This document shows positions 1-8,805 of a stretch of DNA of 41,575 nucleotides, piece by piece. The notes under the pieces are model-generated. The model made no database searches. It was not told where the DNA came from and saw nothing but the letters and a program-made list of their open reading frames with translations. Numbering within the stretch: position 1 is the stretch's first letter; each line of letters begins with the position of its first letter. A program made the translations under genes and the position numbers. Origin of the DNA: Candidatus Moraniibacteriota bacterium (GTDB lineage: Bacteria; Patescibacteriota; Minisyncoccia; Moranbacterales; UBA11712); assembly GCA_043802865.1 (NCBI GenBank), contig JAZDKQ010000018.1, forward strand, positions 1 through 41,575. Reading direction: 5' to 3'.

Positions 1-422
1 TTAATATTATTCTCCACCAGGGCCTTCGCCACCGCCGGGTCGAAAGTAAATTTCAGATTTTTCTTCTCATCCATTGCCGTGCCGACGCTCACCGACTTTT
101 TGTCCGTGATCGGACCCTCAAGATTGCCGACAACAAGATCATATTCGGATAACTTATCTTTTATTTGTCCAAAAATATGATTATAATCGCCTTTACCATA
201 CTTCTCGACCGCTTGCCGAATATACCGGTCGAACATCATATCCCCGACGAAGAGAATTTTTATTTCTCTTTTTGGATCTGGCGCAGAAGCTTTCTGCGGG
301 AGATCTTGCATGACAGAATTATTCAGCTTTTTGTTTTTATCCGTATTATTCGCGCATCCGGAAAAAAATAAAACAAGAAATAAAAAAATGATAATTTTGA
401 ATTTTACATTGTCATTTTTCAT
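1..422 (-). CDS. CapA/PGA_cap family metallophosphatase-like lipoprotein, 5' part (runs off the window start)
   Basis: Not in the ORF track. Manual translation from ATG at 422: MKNDNVKFKIIIFLFLVLFFSGCANN…EIKILFVGDMMFDRY…DLVVGNLEGPITDK…FTFDP. GDxM and NLE motifs of the CapA family; lipobox-like FSG-C. Confidence 0.8.
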   Translation of the reverse strand, partial: MKNDNVKFKIIIFLFLVLFFSGCANNTDKNKKLNNSVMQDLPQKASAPDPKREIKILFVGDMMFDRYIRQAVEKYGKGDYNHIFGQIKDKLSEYDLVVGNLEGPITDKKSVSVGTAMDEKKNLKFTFDPAVAKALVENNI

Positions 423-1263
423 TTTGAATTTTACATTTTGAATTTTTACATAAATAAACTATATCACCATTTTCATCGGTTCTAAGTATGCTGATACCTC
501 TCATTTCAAGCGCATTTATCACCGCCTCCGTCGGATGGCCATAGGAATTCGTTGCGCTCACCGAAATAACAGCTGCTGACGGGCTCGCGGCATCCAGAAA
601 CTCTTCGCTTGAAGAATATTTTGAGCCGTGATGGGCCACTTTCAAGAAATCAACATCAATATTTTCCCCGCTTGCAAGAATTTCTCTTTCGGCGGGGGAT
701 TCAATATCGCCCGTGAAAAGAAAACTGCTCTCACCAAAATCAAACCGGCTGACAACAGACTTGTTGTTCGCGTCTCCCGCGAGCGGATCAACCGAAGACC
801 CAGGAGAAATGATCCTCATTTTTGATCCATCTAGATTTATTTCATCGCCCCGCTGCGCCTCAAGCGTCTCAATTCTATTGTATTCAAGGATTTCTTTCCA
901 TTCTTTGAAAACCGACGTGTCTTTTTCCGCGCCGGTAGAGATGACTTTACCGATCTTGAAATTTTTCGCCACATCAACAAGACCGCCGATATGGTCCTTG
1001 TCCGGATGCGTCGAGATCACGACCTCAATCTCGTCGTCGAAGTAGGGCAGATATTTCCCCAGCTTTGCCATCTCCGTTTTCCCGCTCGGCCCGCCATCGA
1101 TCAGGATCTGTTTCGTTCCTTTCTGGATCAAAATCGAATCCCCCTGCCCAACATCAAGAAAAATGACTTTTAGGGATCCTACCCCTAAATAAATTTGATA
1201 GGAAAAATACGCGAAGAAAACCAGAAGAATAGTGATTGCAAAATAGTAAGGCTTATTTTTCAT
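412..1263 (-). CDS. ComEC-associated metallo-beta-lactamase-fold protein (stand-alone ComEC C-terminal domain)
   Basis: LDVGQGD, LIDGG, THPDKDHIGG, FTGD, KVAHHGS and NSYGHP motifs; N-terminal TM; directly downstream of comEC. Confidence 0.9.
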   Translation of the reverse strand: MKNKPYYFAITILLVFFAYFSYQIYLGVGSLKVIFLDVGQGDSILIQKGTKQILIDGGPSGKTEMAKLGKYLPYFDDEIEVVISTHPDKDHIGGLVDVAKNFKIGKVISTGAEKDTSVFKEWKEILEYNRIETLEAQRGDEINLDGSKMRIISPGSSVDPLAGDANNKSVVSRFDFGESSFLFTGDIESPAEREILASGENIDVDFLKVAHHGSKYSSSEEFLDAASPSAAVISVSATNSYGHPTEAVINALEMRGISILRTDENGDIVYLCKNSKCKIQNEK

Positions 1264-2719
1264 TTGCCGGCGTGATAATTTTTTTATCTTTTCTTTTCGA
1301 GTAGTATAGCACCAAGATCAAAATGATATAATAAACCAAGATATATTTCCAGCCGAAATTTTTAATCTCGAAAGACGACCAGGAAATGTTCGCGAGCCAC
1401 TGGACAATCACGAGCTCGACTTTCAAAAGAGCATACGGAATAAATCCAATCAGCTTTCCCAATGGCACGAAAACAAATCCCGCTATTCCCGCCACGAATC
1501 CCCCGAGCATGATATACGGAATCGCCGGCAAAATCAGCAAATTGGCCAGCGGCGAGATAATTGAAAGATTTTCAAAACTCGCAAGAATGACCGGCAAAAC
1601 AAAAACTTGTGCGGCCAGGGTCATCAAAATCGTTTCTTTCAGGATATTTTGCTCTCCAGAGAAAAAAAATTTTTCGAATAGGGGATAGAGGTACACAATT
1701 CCCAAGGTGGCTAAAAAAGAAAGTTGAAATCCGGCGTCATAGCGCAAAAGAAGCGGATTGATCGCGAGCATCGCTGTGGCCGCGAAAAGTATCGCGTTTT
1801 GGGAATTGGCCAGTCTCCCCTCTTTCATCGCCCAAATGACCAAACCGCCCATTATCCCCGCTCTCACTGCTGACGAAGGCGCGCCGGTCATGAGGACAAA
1901 TAGCACAATTCCGATGAACGCGAAAGAAAAAACTTGCTGGCGCCAAAGGCCGAGCCAAATCCCTAGCCACATCAAAAACGCGGTGACGATCGTCACATTG
2001 TATCCCGAAACGGCGACCGTGTGCGTCGTCCCCGTCCGCGAAAAGGCGCCTGACAAATCTTTGGTCATTCGTTTGCTCCCGCCAAGAAGCAAGCCCTTGA
2101 GATACGCTCCTTCCGGATCGGGAAAGATTTGTGATAATTTTTCCTCGAATTTGTTTTTTATCACCAAGATGGTTGAATATGCCTTATTTCCTTTGTTTCT
2201 CACGATCACGGTTATTTGCGGTCGATTACAGATCCGATAAATTCCGTCCTTGGCGAGATACATTTGATAGTCGAAATTTGAGTCTTCATAGTTCTTTGGC
2301 TCTTGCAAAGTGCATCTCACTTTCAGCTGATCACCATATTGATAACCGGGATGAATATCCGCATTTATGAGTATTTTGTTTTTCTCATTGTCCTCAACAA
2401 CAATTTTTTGATATTTTTCGTCTGTTTCCGGTTCTTTTGTGACTGTTCCCACAAATTCAACCGGGCCAATTTTTTGATTGGCCAAATTATTTTTTGCGTT
2501 ATTAATAGAATCATTCGTCCACCAAATTCCCAACGCCAAAAACAAAACGACCGCGCTCGCGACTATGGCTTTTTTATTCTTGTAGTTTAATAAAAAAATA
2601 GCAACACTCGCCGCAAGCAAAATCAAGATCAGATATTTTTCCACACGAAAAAAAGACGCCAAAAAAACGCCAATCAAAAAACAAAGGGATAAAGCAAAAA
2701 ATATTTTGGATTTGGTCAC
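1253..2719 (-). CDS. comEC: ComEC/Rec2 competence DNA-uptake channel
   Basis: TGTTHTVAVSGYNV, PSSAVRAGIM, GFQLSFLAT; many TM helices. Start placed at GTG 2719, 6 nt after a TGnTATAAT box (ORF track starts at 2743). Confidence 0.9.
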   Translation of the reverse strand: MTKSKIFFALSLCFLIGVFLASFFRVEKYLILILLAASVAIFLLNYKNKKAIVASAVVLFLALGIWWTNDSINNAKNNLANQKIGPVEFVGTVTKEPETDEKYQKIVVEDNEKNKILINADIHPGYQYGDQLKVRCTLQEPKNYEDSNFDYQMYLAKDGIYRICNRPQITVIVRNKGNKAYSTILVIKNKFEEKLSQIFPDPEGAYLKGLLLGGSKRMTKDLSGAFSRTGTTHTVAVSGYNVTIVTAFLMWLGIWLGLWRQQVFSFAFIGIVLFVLMTGAPSSAVRAGIMGGLVIWAMKEGRLANSQNAILFAATAMLAINPLLLRYDAGFQLSFLATLGIVYLYPLFEKFFFSGEQNILKETILMTLAAQVFVLPVILASFENLSIISPLANLLILPAIPYIMLGGFVAGIAGFVFVPLGKLIGFIPYALLKVELVIVQWLANISWSSFEIKNFGWKYILVYYIILILVLYYSKRKDKKIITPANEK

Positions 2720-2783
2720 GAGGTTATTATACCAAAAAAACAATTGCAGCCAACTTCATAGAAACTCTCCTTGCTCAATTTAT

Positions 2784-3002
2784 TTACCCAATGTCGATAA
2801 TTTTTATTCTCGCCGATTTTCCGGCGATAATTCTAACCGAATTTTTGGGCACTGCCAAATGGTACGCCAAAAGTTCAACAACTTTCTCATTGGCCTTTCC
2901 TTTCTCCGGCGGCGCAGCCACTTTCACCTTATATTCTCCTTCGGAAATTTTCAGGACTTCATTTTTCCCCGCCCGCGGGATTACTCGGACGTAGATTCGC
3001 AT
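2784..3002 (-). CDS. DUF167/YggU family protein
   Basis: VRVIP…KVKVAAPPEKGKANE…IIAGKSARIK pattern. Confidence 0.9.
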   Translation of the reverse strand: MRIYVRVIPRAGKNEVLKISEGEYKVKVAAPPEKGKANEKVVELLAYHLAVPKNSVRIIAGKSARIKIIDIG

Positions 3003-3582
3003 TGGTATTTGGATTTTCGTAAATTATGGTCTTGCTTTTCCATCTCGACCAAATCCGATCAATCATATTAAAGAGAAGAAGCAAAATTAAGAAACCGTTC
3101 GCCCAAATGAAAATCTCGCGCAAGAGACCTGATTTGAGATCTGTTCCGAGGTAAAGCGCATGAATGATTGAGAAAATATAAAGGGCAATGTTCAGAAAAT
3201 GAATCGATTGCCAAACTCTTTGAGAAATATATTTTCGCGCGTAGGAGGTGGCGACCAGAATGATCATTATATAAAGACTGATCGTCCCTAGCGCAACAAG
3301 CAAAGACTCGTAGCTTGAGTGGAATGGAACAAGAATATCCGCGAGACTGAAAGGAATGAACTTATGAAAAAGCAGGGCTACTCCATGAACTGTCGCAAAA
3401 ATGAGCGCTTGCAAAGAGATCCAGCAATGAAAGCTGAGACTGCGCAGGCGCAAAAAATATTTTCTGATTCCCGGAAGACAGGAAACTGTTCCGACGAAAA
3501 CTGAAACATAAAGAAGCAAAAAACCGATCAAGGCGCTTGCCCGGACGATATACCAATCCCATGGAATTTGAGTACTTTGCAT
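2959..3582 (-). CDS. Ferric-reductase-like (MsrQ-like) transmembrane protein
   Basis: WYIVRASA start; four TM histidines in two pairs (FHCW…VHG; SIHF…IIHAL); GTDL. No cytoplasmic FAD/NAD domain. Confidence 0.8.
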   Translation of the reverse strand: MQSTQIPWDWYIVRASALIGFLLLYVSVFVGTVSCLPGIRKYFLRLRSLSFHCWISLQALIFATVHGVALLFHKFIPFSLADILVPFHSSYESLLVALGTISLYIMIILVATSYARKYISQRVWQSIHFLNIALYIFSIIHALYLGTDLKSGLLREIFIWANGFLILLLLFNMIDRIWSRWKSKTIIYENPNTNANLRPSNPAGGEK

Positions 3583-4541
3583 AAAGTATTCTTCAAAATC
3601 CTAACATTCGATGTTAGGAAAGGGCAATATTTCTTCGCTTCGGGAGTTATAAAAATATTTTCTTTATAATCGAGAAATATCGCAGAGATTTTGTTTTTTT
3701 TGGCGAATTGCAGACCCCTTTCCTTCCCCATCAGCACCAAGGTCTTAGCTCGCCCATCCGCGTTTTCCGTATTTTCCGCAATTACGGAAACCGTTCGCAG
3801 CTCATAAGAAAATTCATTCGGACTCATCGGATTGACAAGATGATGGAATTTTTTGCCTTTGATCTGCCATTTTTTGCGACTGATTCCGGAGGTGGCAATC
3901 CCCTTGTCCGATATCTCGAGCATCAATTTATCTTCCGGAATACCCTCGACGGCAATGCGCCACTTTTTGCCCTCGCTGTTTGCGCCCGAAATCATCATAT
4001 CACCTCCCGCGTCCACGAGAAAATTTTTCCATCCACAACTTTTCAAAAATTCCACCGCCTGATCGACAATATATCCTTTGGCAATTCCGGAAAAATCCAT
4101 CTTAACTGCAAAAAATATTTTGTTATTTTTAATCTTTAGATCGTCGCTTAGTTTGATTTTGTTCGCGGAAAATTCTGGAGGAGAATCGATTTTCGAAAAA
4201 TCTTTGCTTTTGAAGTCCTTGTCATAACCAATTTTTTCAAGAACTTCGATCACACGCGGGTCATACAGTCCTCCGCTTATATCGTTGTAATACAGCGCCC
4301 GGCCGGCAAGATAGAGAATATCTGGCGAAGCCTTTTGCCATATTCCCAAATTTTTGTTCAACTTGCAAATCTCACTATTGGCATCAAAACGGGAAAATAT
4401 TTTTTCTTTGAAGAAAAAAATATCTTTCGCTTTCTTGAGATCATCTCGCGCTTTTTCTCTTTCCGCTTCATCATCAACAACCGTGCGAATGTCAATATCC
4501 GTACCCAGAGCTCTGAAATCAGACTCTATCTCGAATTTCAT
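3528..4541 (-). CDS. apbE: FAD:protein FMN transferase (ApbE family), no evident signal peptide
   Basis: ALGT, FSRFDANSEI, DFSGIAKGY, DAGGD, ATSG and HHLVNP motifs. Confidence 0.92.
   Translation of the reverse strand: MKFEIESDFRALGTDIDIRTVVDDEAEREKARDDLKKAKDIFFFKEKIFSRFDANSEICKLNKNLGIWQKASPDILYLAGRALYYNDISGGLYDPRVIEVLEKIGYDKDFKSKDFSKIDSPPEFSANKIKLSDDLKIKNNKIFFAVKMDFSGIAKGYIVDQAVEFLKSCGWKNFLVDAGGDMMISGANSEGKKWRIAVEGIPEDKLMLEISDKGIATSGISRKKWQIKGKKFHHLVNPMSPNEFSYELRTVSVIAENTENADGRAKTLVLMGKERGLQFAKKNKISAIFLDYKENIFITPEAKKYCPFLTSNVRILKNTLCKVLKFHGIGISSGQAP
3599..3619. repeat. Short palindrome TCCTAACAT-TCG-ATGTTAGGA inside the apbE 3' tail
   Basis: 9-bp perfect stem with 3-nt loop, read directly. 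Confidence 0.6.
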
Positions 4542-4552
4542 AATATATTAAA

Positions 4553-4960
4553 TCAAGAAGTTCTGGTTTTGGCATTTGAGGGTTTTGTTTTGGAAACTGG
4601 GGCGGGAGCAGGAGTGAGAGTGGAAACTGAAGGAGCGACAACCGCTGGAGCTGGGATAGGGGTTGGAGCTGGAACAGGATTTTCCGAAGGCGCTATTTTT
4701 TCACTTGGCTGGTTATTTTCATCAGCAGAGATGGCAGTTTCTTCAACCGGCAAAGCGCTCTTTATTTCATTGAGGATTCCTCTGAGGCTCTGCACCTCGT
4801 CCTTCAGGGTTGAATTTTCATCCAAAAGATTTTTTTGCGTCTCGGAGGATCGCCTGGCTTGATCTTTGTCTTTTATCAAGAATACCGCAATCGTCATTAA
4901 AAATAAGTTGACGACAAAAATAAATATTTTTCCGCTGTGATTTCTGATTTTTTCAAGCAT
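4553..4960 (-). CDS. Membrane-anchored protein: TM, coiled coil, Pro/Ala-rich tether, C-terminal KTRTS
   Basis: Translation; immediately upstream of apbE on the same strand. Confidence 0.75.
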   Translation of the reverse strand: MLEKIRNHSGKIFIFVVNLFLMTIAVFLIKDKDQARRSSETQKNLLDENSTLKDEVQSLRGILNEIKSALPVEETAISADENNQPSEKIAPSENPVPAPTPIPAPAVVAPSVSTLTPAPAPVSKTKPSNAKTRTS

Positions 4961-4969
4961 AAATATGGA

Positions 4970-5224
4970 TCAGTTCACTATTTTCTTGATCTCGCCTTTC
5001 AGATTGTCATCGATCTGATCGGGAAGAATATCTCCCGCCGGATTATGCTTGGTTGCTTCGCGATAAATAATATTTTTCGCTTTCTGCGCCGCTTTTTTCA
5101 GAATATCCTTTTCCGGCTTTTGGATCGTGAGAGAAAACGGCGAAAAAGTCACGGAAAAAATCCCGCCAAGCCAGGCGATGGGAATAGCCAAAATGATGAT
5201 GATTAGAAATAATTTTTTGATCAT
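4970..5224 (-). CDS. Small hypothetical membrane/secreted protein (84 aa)
   Basis: MIKKLFLIIIILAIPIAWLGG signal/TM from ATG 5224; the longer ORF-track version overlaps nrdG. Confidence 0.6.
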   Translation of the reverse strand: MIKKLFLIIIILAIPIAWLGGIFSVTFSPFSLTIQKPEKDILKKAAQKAKNIIYREATKHNPAGDILPDQIDDNLKGEIKKIVN

Positions 5225-5264
5225 TATTTGAAAATTGTAAATTGATAATTGAAAATTTTTTATA

Positions 5265-5963
5265 TTATCGCATTTCCACTTTCCCAAAATACTTTTCAAT
5301 ATTTTTTGCAATTTTATCAAGATCCAATTTCTTTCCCTTTGTCCTCTTCTTGAGCTTCGGATCGAGTATTTTCCCTTTGTCCTCAAACGCTTGCAAGACG
5401 TATTTTTTCGATCCTTTAAGCCACTCCCCTATTTTGACAAAATTGCTTTCGGAATGCAATCCCGGAACTGCCGTTGTGCGAAATTCATAATCCACACCCG
5501 AATTTCGAATCAAATCAACGCTTAGCTTAATACGCCCAAGGTCAACTTTGCCATTCGTTGTCTTGCTATAGCTGTCCAAGTCGCTTTTAATGTCCATCGC
5601 CACGAAATCCAGCAATTTTTCATTATATAGCCTGCGCAAAACATCCGGCCGGGTGCCATTCGTGTCCAATTTTACTTTATAGCCCAGTTCTTTTATTTTC
5701 CGGACAAATTCGATCAAATCCGGTTGAATCGTCGGCTCCCCGCCTGTTATGCAAATTCCCTCAAGCTTCCCTTTTCGACTTTCTAGAAATTCAAAAAAAT
5801 CTTTTTCCAAAATATTGGAAATTGGAAATTGGAAATTGGAAATTACTAACTCCGGATTGTGGCAAAATGGACAGCGAAAATTGCAGCCCACGGTAAAAAC
5901 AGTCGCGGCGATATGACCGGGATAGTCAATGAGGGTCAATTTTTGAAGACCACCGAGAATCAT
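5265..5963 (-). CDS. nrdG: Anaerobic ribonucleoside-triphosphate reductase activating enzyme (radical SAM)
   Basis: GCNFRCPFCHN, ITGGEPT, KLDTNG, YEFRTT; follows nrdD. Confidence 0.93.
   Translation of the reverse strand: MILGGLQKLTLIDYPGHIAATVFTVGCNFRCPFCHNPELVISNFQFPISNILEKDFFEFLESRKGKLEGICITGGEPTIQPDLIEFVRKIKELGYKVKLDTNGTRPDVLRRLYNEKLLDFVAMDIKSDLDSYSKTTNGKVDLGRIKLSVDLIRNSGVDYEFRTTAVPGLHSESNFVKIGEWLKGSKKYVLQAFEDKGKILDPKLKKRTKGKKLDLDKIAKNIEKYFGKVEMR
5814..5841. repeat. Perfect tandem heptamer (ATTGGAA)x4 inside nrdG
   Basis: Read directly; encodes ISNFQFPISN. Confidence 0.9.
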
Positions 5964-5966
5964 AAA

Positions 5967-8141
5967 TCAGACCACAAACTCTTTTCTGTCCCCGAATTCC
6001 GTCGCTTTCCCGGCGTTCCACTGCTCGACGGGACGGATGTAGCCGACGATTCGCGAATAGACTTCACATTTCTGCTCAACCACGCACTTTGGGCAAAGCT
6101 CGTGCTCGCCGATAAGATAGCCGTGTGACGGGCAGATACTGAAAGTGGGAGAGAGAGTGAAATATGGAAGAGAATATTTTTCGGAAATTTTCTTGACGAG
6201 CTTTTTGGTCGTTTCGATGTCCTGAATCCGCTCACCCAAAAATCCGTGAAGAACCGTCCCGCCCGTATACTTCGTTTGAAGCGGTTCCTGCAGGTCAAGC
6301 GCTTCGAAGAAATCTTCCGTGTGGCCCACGGGAAGTTGCGTCGAGTTCGTATAATAAGGCTCGGCCGTTTTCGTTTTTCCAACCTGCCCGTTCGCGAAAA
6401 TCATATCCGGATATTTTTCGCGGTCTTTTCTGGCGAGACGGTAAGATGTTCCCTCGCCCGGAGTTGCTTCAAGGTTATACAAGTTCCCGGTTTCTTTTTG
6501 ATATTTTATGAGACGCTCGCGCATATGTTTTAAAACTTCTTCGGTAAATTTCACTCCTTTTTCGGTGGCTGTCGTTTCGCCCATAAAATTTTTGAGAGCT
6601 TCGTTCATGCCGATGATTCCAATGGTCGAAAAATGATTCGACCAGTATTCACCGCGTCTTTTATATAAACTGTCCAGATAAAAACGGGCATAGGGATAAA
6701 GTCCTTTGCGGATGAAACTTTCAAGAAGTTTTCTCTTGGTCTCGAGGCTTTCTTTGGCAATCTCCATTAGTTTTTCAAGCCGCGCGAAAAAATCTTTTTT
6801 ATTTTTTGAGAGATAGCCGATCCGCGCCATATTGATGGTCACCACGCCAATTGATCCAGTCAGTGGATTCGCTCCGAATAGTCCGCCGCCGCGCTTATAA
6901 AGTTCCCGGTTATCGAGCCGCAAGCGACAGCACATCGAACGAGCGTCATCCGGATCCATATCCGAGTTGATAAAATTGGCAAAATATGGGATGCCGTATT
7001 TGGCTGTCATTTCCCAGATGGGCTTCAGATTTTCGTCGTTCCAGTCAAATTCTTTTGTGATGTTGTATGTTGGTATAGGAAAAGTGAATACCCGTCCATT
7101 CGCATCGCCTGCCGCCATAACTTCGGCAAATGTTTTGTTTATCAAATTCATTTCTTCCTGAAAATCTCCGTATTTTTCTTTCTGGGGAACGCCGCCAATG
7201 ATCACGGATTCTTCCGCCATATTCTTCGGCGGAACAAGATCCATCGTTATGTTCGTGAAGGGTGTCTGGAAACCGACACGGGTGGGAACATTCATATTGA
7301 AAACAAATTCCTGCATACATTGCTTCACATCTTTGTAGGAAAGTCCATCGTAACGGACAAAGGGCGCCAGCAGCGTGTCAAAATTTGAAAAAGCTTCCGC
7401 TCCGGCCACTTCTCCCTGGAGAGTGTAAAAGAAATTGATCATTTGCCCGAGTGCCGTGCGCAGGTGTTTCGGCGGTTTGCAGGCAATTTTTCCCGGAACA
7501 CCTGTGAAGCCGCGCCGCAATAAGTCTTGAAGGTCCCAGCCGCAGCAATAGGCGGCAATCTTGTCGAGATCGTGAATGTGAAAGTCGCCCTCATCATGCG
7601 CGTCCCGGATGGATTTTGAATAAACCCTGTTTAGCCAGTATTTTGAGCTGACAATTGAAGAAATATAATTATTGAGTCCCTGGAGCGAATAACTCATATT
7701 CGCGTTCTCTTTCACCTGCCAATCTATTTCCTGAATATATTTGTCGACCAAATCAACCGCTTCTTTGAGTGATTCTTCCGATTCGCGGATTTTTCTGTGC
7801 TGTTCGCGATAGAGAATGTAGGCTTTGGCGGTTTCCTCGAAATCAAGGATCATCAAAACACGCTCCACAAGATCTTGGATTTCTTCAATTTCCGGCACAT
7901 TGCCCTTTTGATAGTTTTTGTTGAGAAGCTGGACGACCTTGTCCGTCACCTTTTGGGCTTCTTTTTGAGTTCCCTCATTCGTTTCCGTGAAAGCTTTCAT
8001 CACGGCTTTGGTGATTTTTTCCTGCTCAAACTTCACGACCCGCCCATCGCGCTTCACCACCCGCGTGATGCGGTTTTTTTCGCCCGAAGCGGACCTTTCT
8101 TTTTTGCTGACCATTTTTTGGCCTTTTTTGACTGCGATCAT
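5967..8141 (-). CDS. nrdD: Class III (anaerobic) ribonucleoside-triphosphate reductase with ATP cone
   Basis: VVKRDG ATP cone, HIHDL, SMCCRL, EATPGE, CPSHG…CPKC Zn ribbon, glycyl-radical loop SRIVGYIRPV. Confidence 0.96.
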   Translation of the reverse strand: MIAVKKGQKMVSKKERSASGEKNRITRVVKRDGRVVKFEQEKITKAVMKAFTETNEGTQKEAQKVTDKVVQLLNKNYQKGNVPEIEEIQDLVERVLMILDFEETAKAYILYREQHRKIRESEESLKEAVDLVDKYIQEIDWQVKENANMSYSLQGLNNYISSIVSSKYWLNRVYSKSIRDAHDEGDFHIHDLDKIAAYCCGWDLQDLLRRGFTGVPGKIACKPPKHLRTALGQMINFFYTLQGEVAGAEAFSNFDTLLAPFVRYDGLSYKDVKQCMQEFVFNMNVPTRVGFQTPFTNITMDLVPPKNMAEESVIIGGVPQKEKYGDFQEEMNLINKTFAEVMAAGDANGRVFTFPIPTYNITKEFDWNDENLKPIWEMTAKYGIPYFANFINSDMDPDDARSMCCRLRLDNRELYKRGGGLFGANPLTGSIGVVTINMARIGYLSKNKKDFFARLEKLMEIAKESLETKRKLLESFIRKGLYPYARFYLDSLYKRRGEYWSNHFSTIGIIGMNEALKNFMGETTATEKGVKFTEEVLKHMRERLIKYQKETGNLYNLEATPGEGTSYRLARKDREKYPDMIFANGQVGKTKTAEPYYTNSTQLPVGHTEDFFEALDLQEPLQTKYTGGTVLHGFLGERIQDIETTKKLVKKISEKYSLPYFTLSPTFSICPSHGYLIGEHELCPKCVVEQKCEVYSRIVGYIRPVEQWNAGKATEFGDRKEFVV

Positions 8142-8202
8142 TTTGTTTTCACCCCCGGATTAATTAATTTTAAATTTGAAATTATAAATTTTAAATTCAC
8201 GC

Positions 8203-8655
8203 TTACGCTTCCATCAATTTCTCTGCTTCTTTCTTGAAGCTATCGGCGCTGCCGAAACCTTTATATACTGACGCGAACCTCAAATATGCCACGTCGTCCA
8301 AGTCTTTCAGTTTTTCGAGAACCAACCTTCCTATCTCTTTTGCCGGCACTTCACAGTCTCGATCCAGCTGAAGCTTGTACTCGATCTCATCGATCGCTTC
8401 TTCGATTTTTTTGTCATCGACCGGCCTTTTCTCGAGCGCGCGCCGCATTCCTTTTTCAAGCTTTTCTCTTTTGTAGTCTTCTTTGCGTCCGTCTTTTTTC
8501 ACAACCACAAAATTCAAGAGCTCCAATTGTTCATACGTACTGAAACGCTTTTCACATTTCAAACATCCCCGGCGGCGGCGGATCACTTTTCCGTCGGTTG
8601 ATTCCCGCGAATCAATCACTTTTGTTTCGGAATGGTTGCAATAAGGGCAAAGCAT
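8203..8655 (-). CDS. nrdR: Transcriptional repressor NrdR
   Basis: CPYC…VIDSR…IRRRRGC..C..RFSTYE, ATP cone, VAYLRFASVY. Confidence 0.97.
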   Translation of the reverse strand: MLCPYCNHSETKVIDSRESTDGKVIRRRRGCLKCEKRFSTYEQLELLNFVVVKKDGRKEDYKREKLEKGMRRALEKRPVDDKKIEEAIDEIEYKLQLDRDCEVPAKEIGRLVLEKLKDLDDVAYLRFASVYKGFGSADSFKKEAEKLMEA

Positions 8656-8712
8656 ATTCGTGATTCTAATTTTTCAAGAATTAATAAGGGAAATTTACAG
8701 AATCCCCTTTTC

Positions 8713-8728
8713 ATACTATATGTTGTGG
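8713..8728 (-). promoter_or_regulatory. NrdR box (CCACAACATATAGTAT)
   Basis: Fits the established 16-bp acaCwAtATaTwGtgt-type consensus; lies just downstream of the predicted nrdRDG promoter. Confidence 0.75.
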
Positions 8729-8739
8729 TAGTAGTCTTT

Positions 8740-8767
8740 ATTCTACCACAAGTAAAAAGCCCGTCAA
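8740..8767 (-). promoter_or_regulatory. Sigma70-type promoter of nrdR-nrdD-nrdG
   Basis: TTGACG (8767-8762), 16-nt spacer, TAGAAT (8745-8740) preceded by an extended TGn. Confidence 0.65.
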
Positions 8768-8779
8768 GCGGGCTTTTTT
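8754..8779. terminator. Intrinsic terminator-like hairpin after the TPR gene block; overlaps the nrd -35 box
   Basis: AAAAAGCCCG-TCAAG-CGGGCTTTTT. Confidence 0.7.
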
Positions 8780-8795
8780 ATCGCAAAATTTTGAG

Positions 8796-8804
8796 TTATC
8801 CACA
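8796..8804 (+). promoter_or_regulatory. Perfect DnaA box TTATCCACA
   Basis: Exact consensus, upstream of the nrd promoter. Confidence 0.6.
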
Positions 8805-8805
8805 G

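Noticed and set aside
412-2743. Split comEC as a pseudogene or frameshift
   Set aside because: Both parts are intact, the second has its own start and TM anchor, and separate MBL-domain genes are a known arrangement.
5225-5386. N-terminal extension of ORF 4970..5386
   Set aside because: Overlaps nrdG in another frame and crosses a heptamer array; a signal-like start exists at 5224.
5960-6382. 140-aa alternative-frame ORF in nrdD (possible frameshift product)
   Set aside because: nrdD is intact with all C-terminal motifs; this ORF has no recognisable features.
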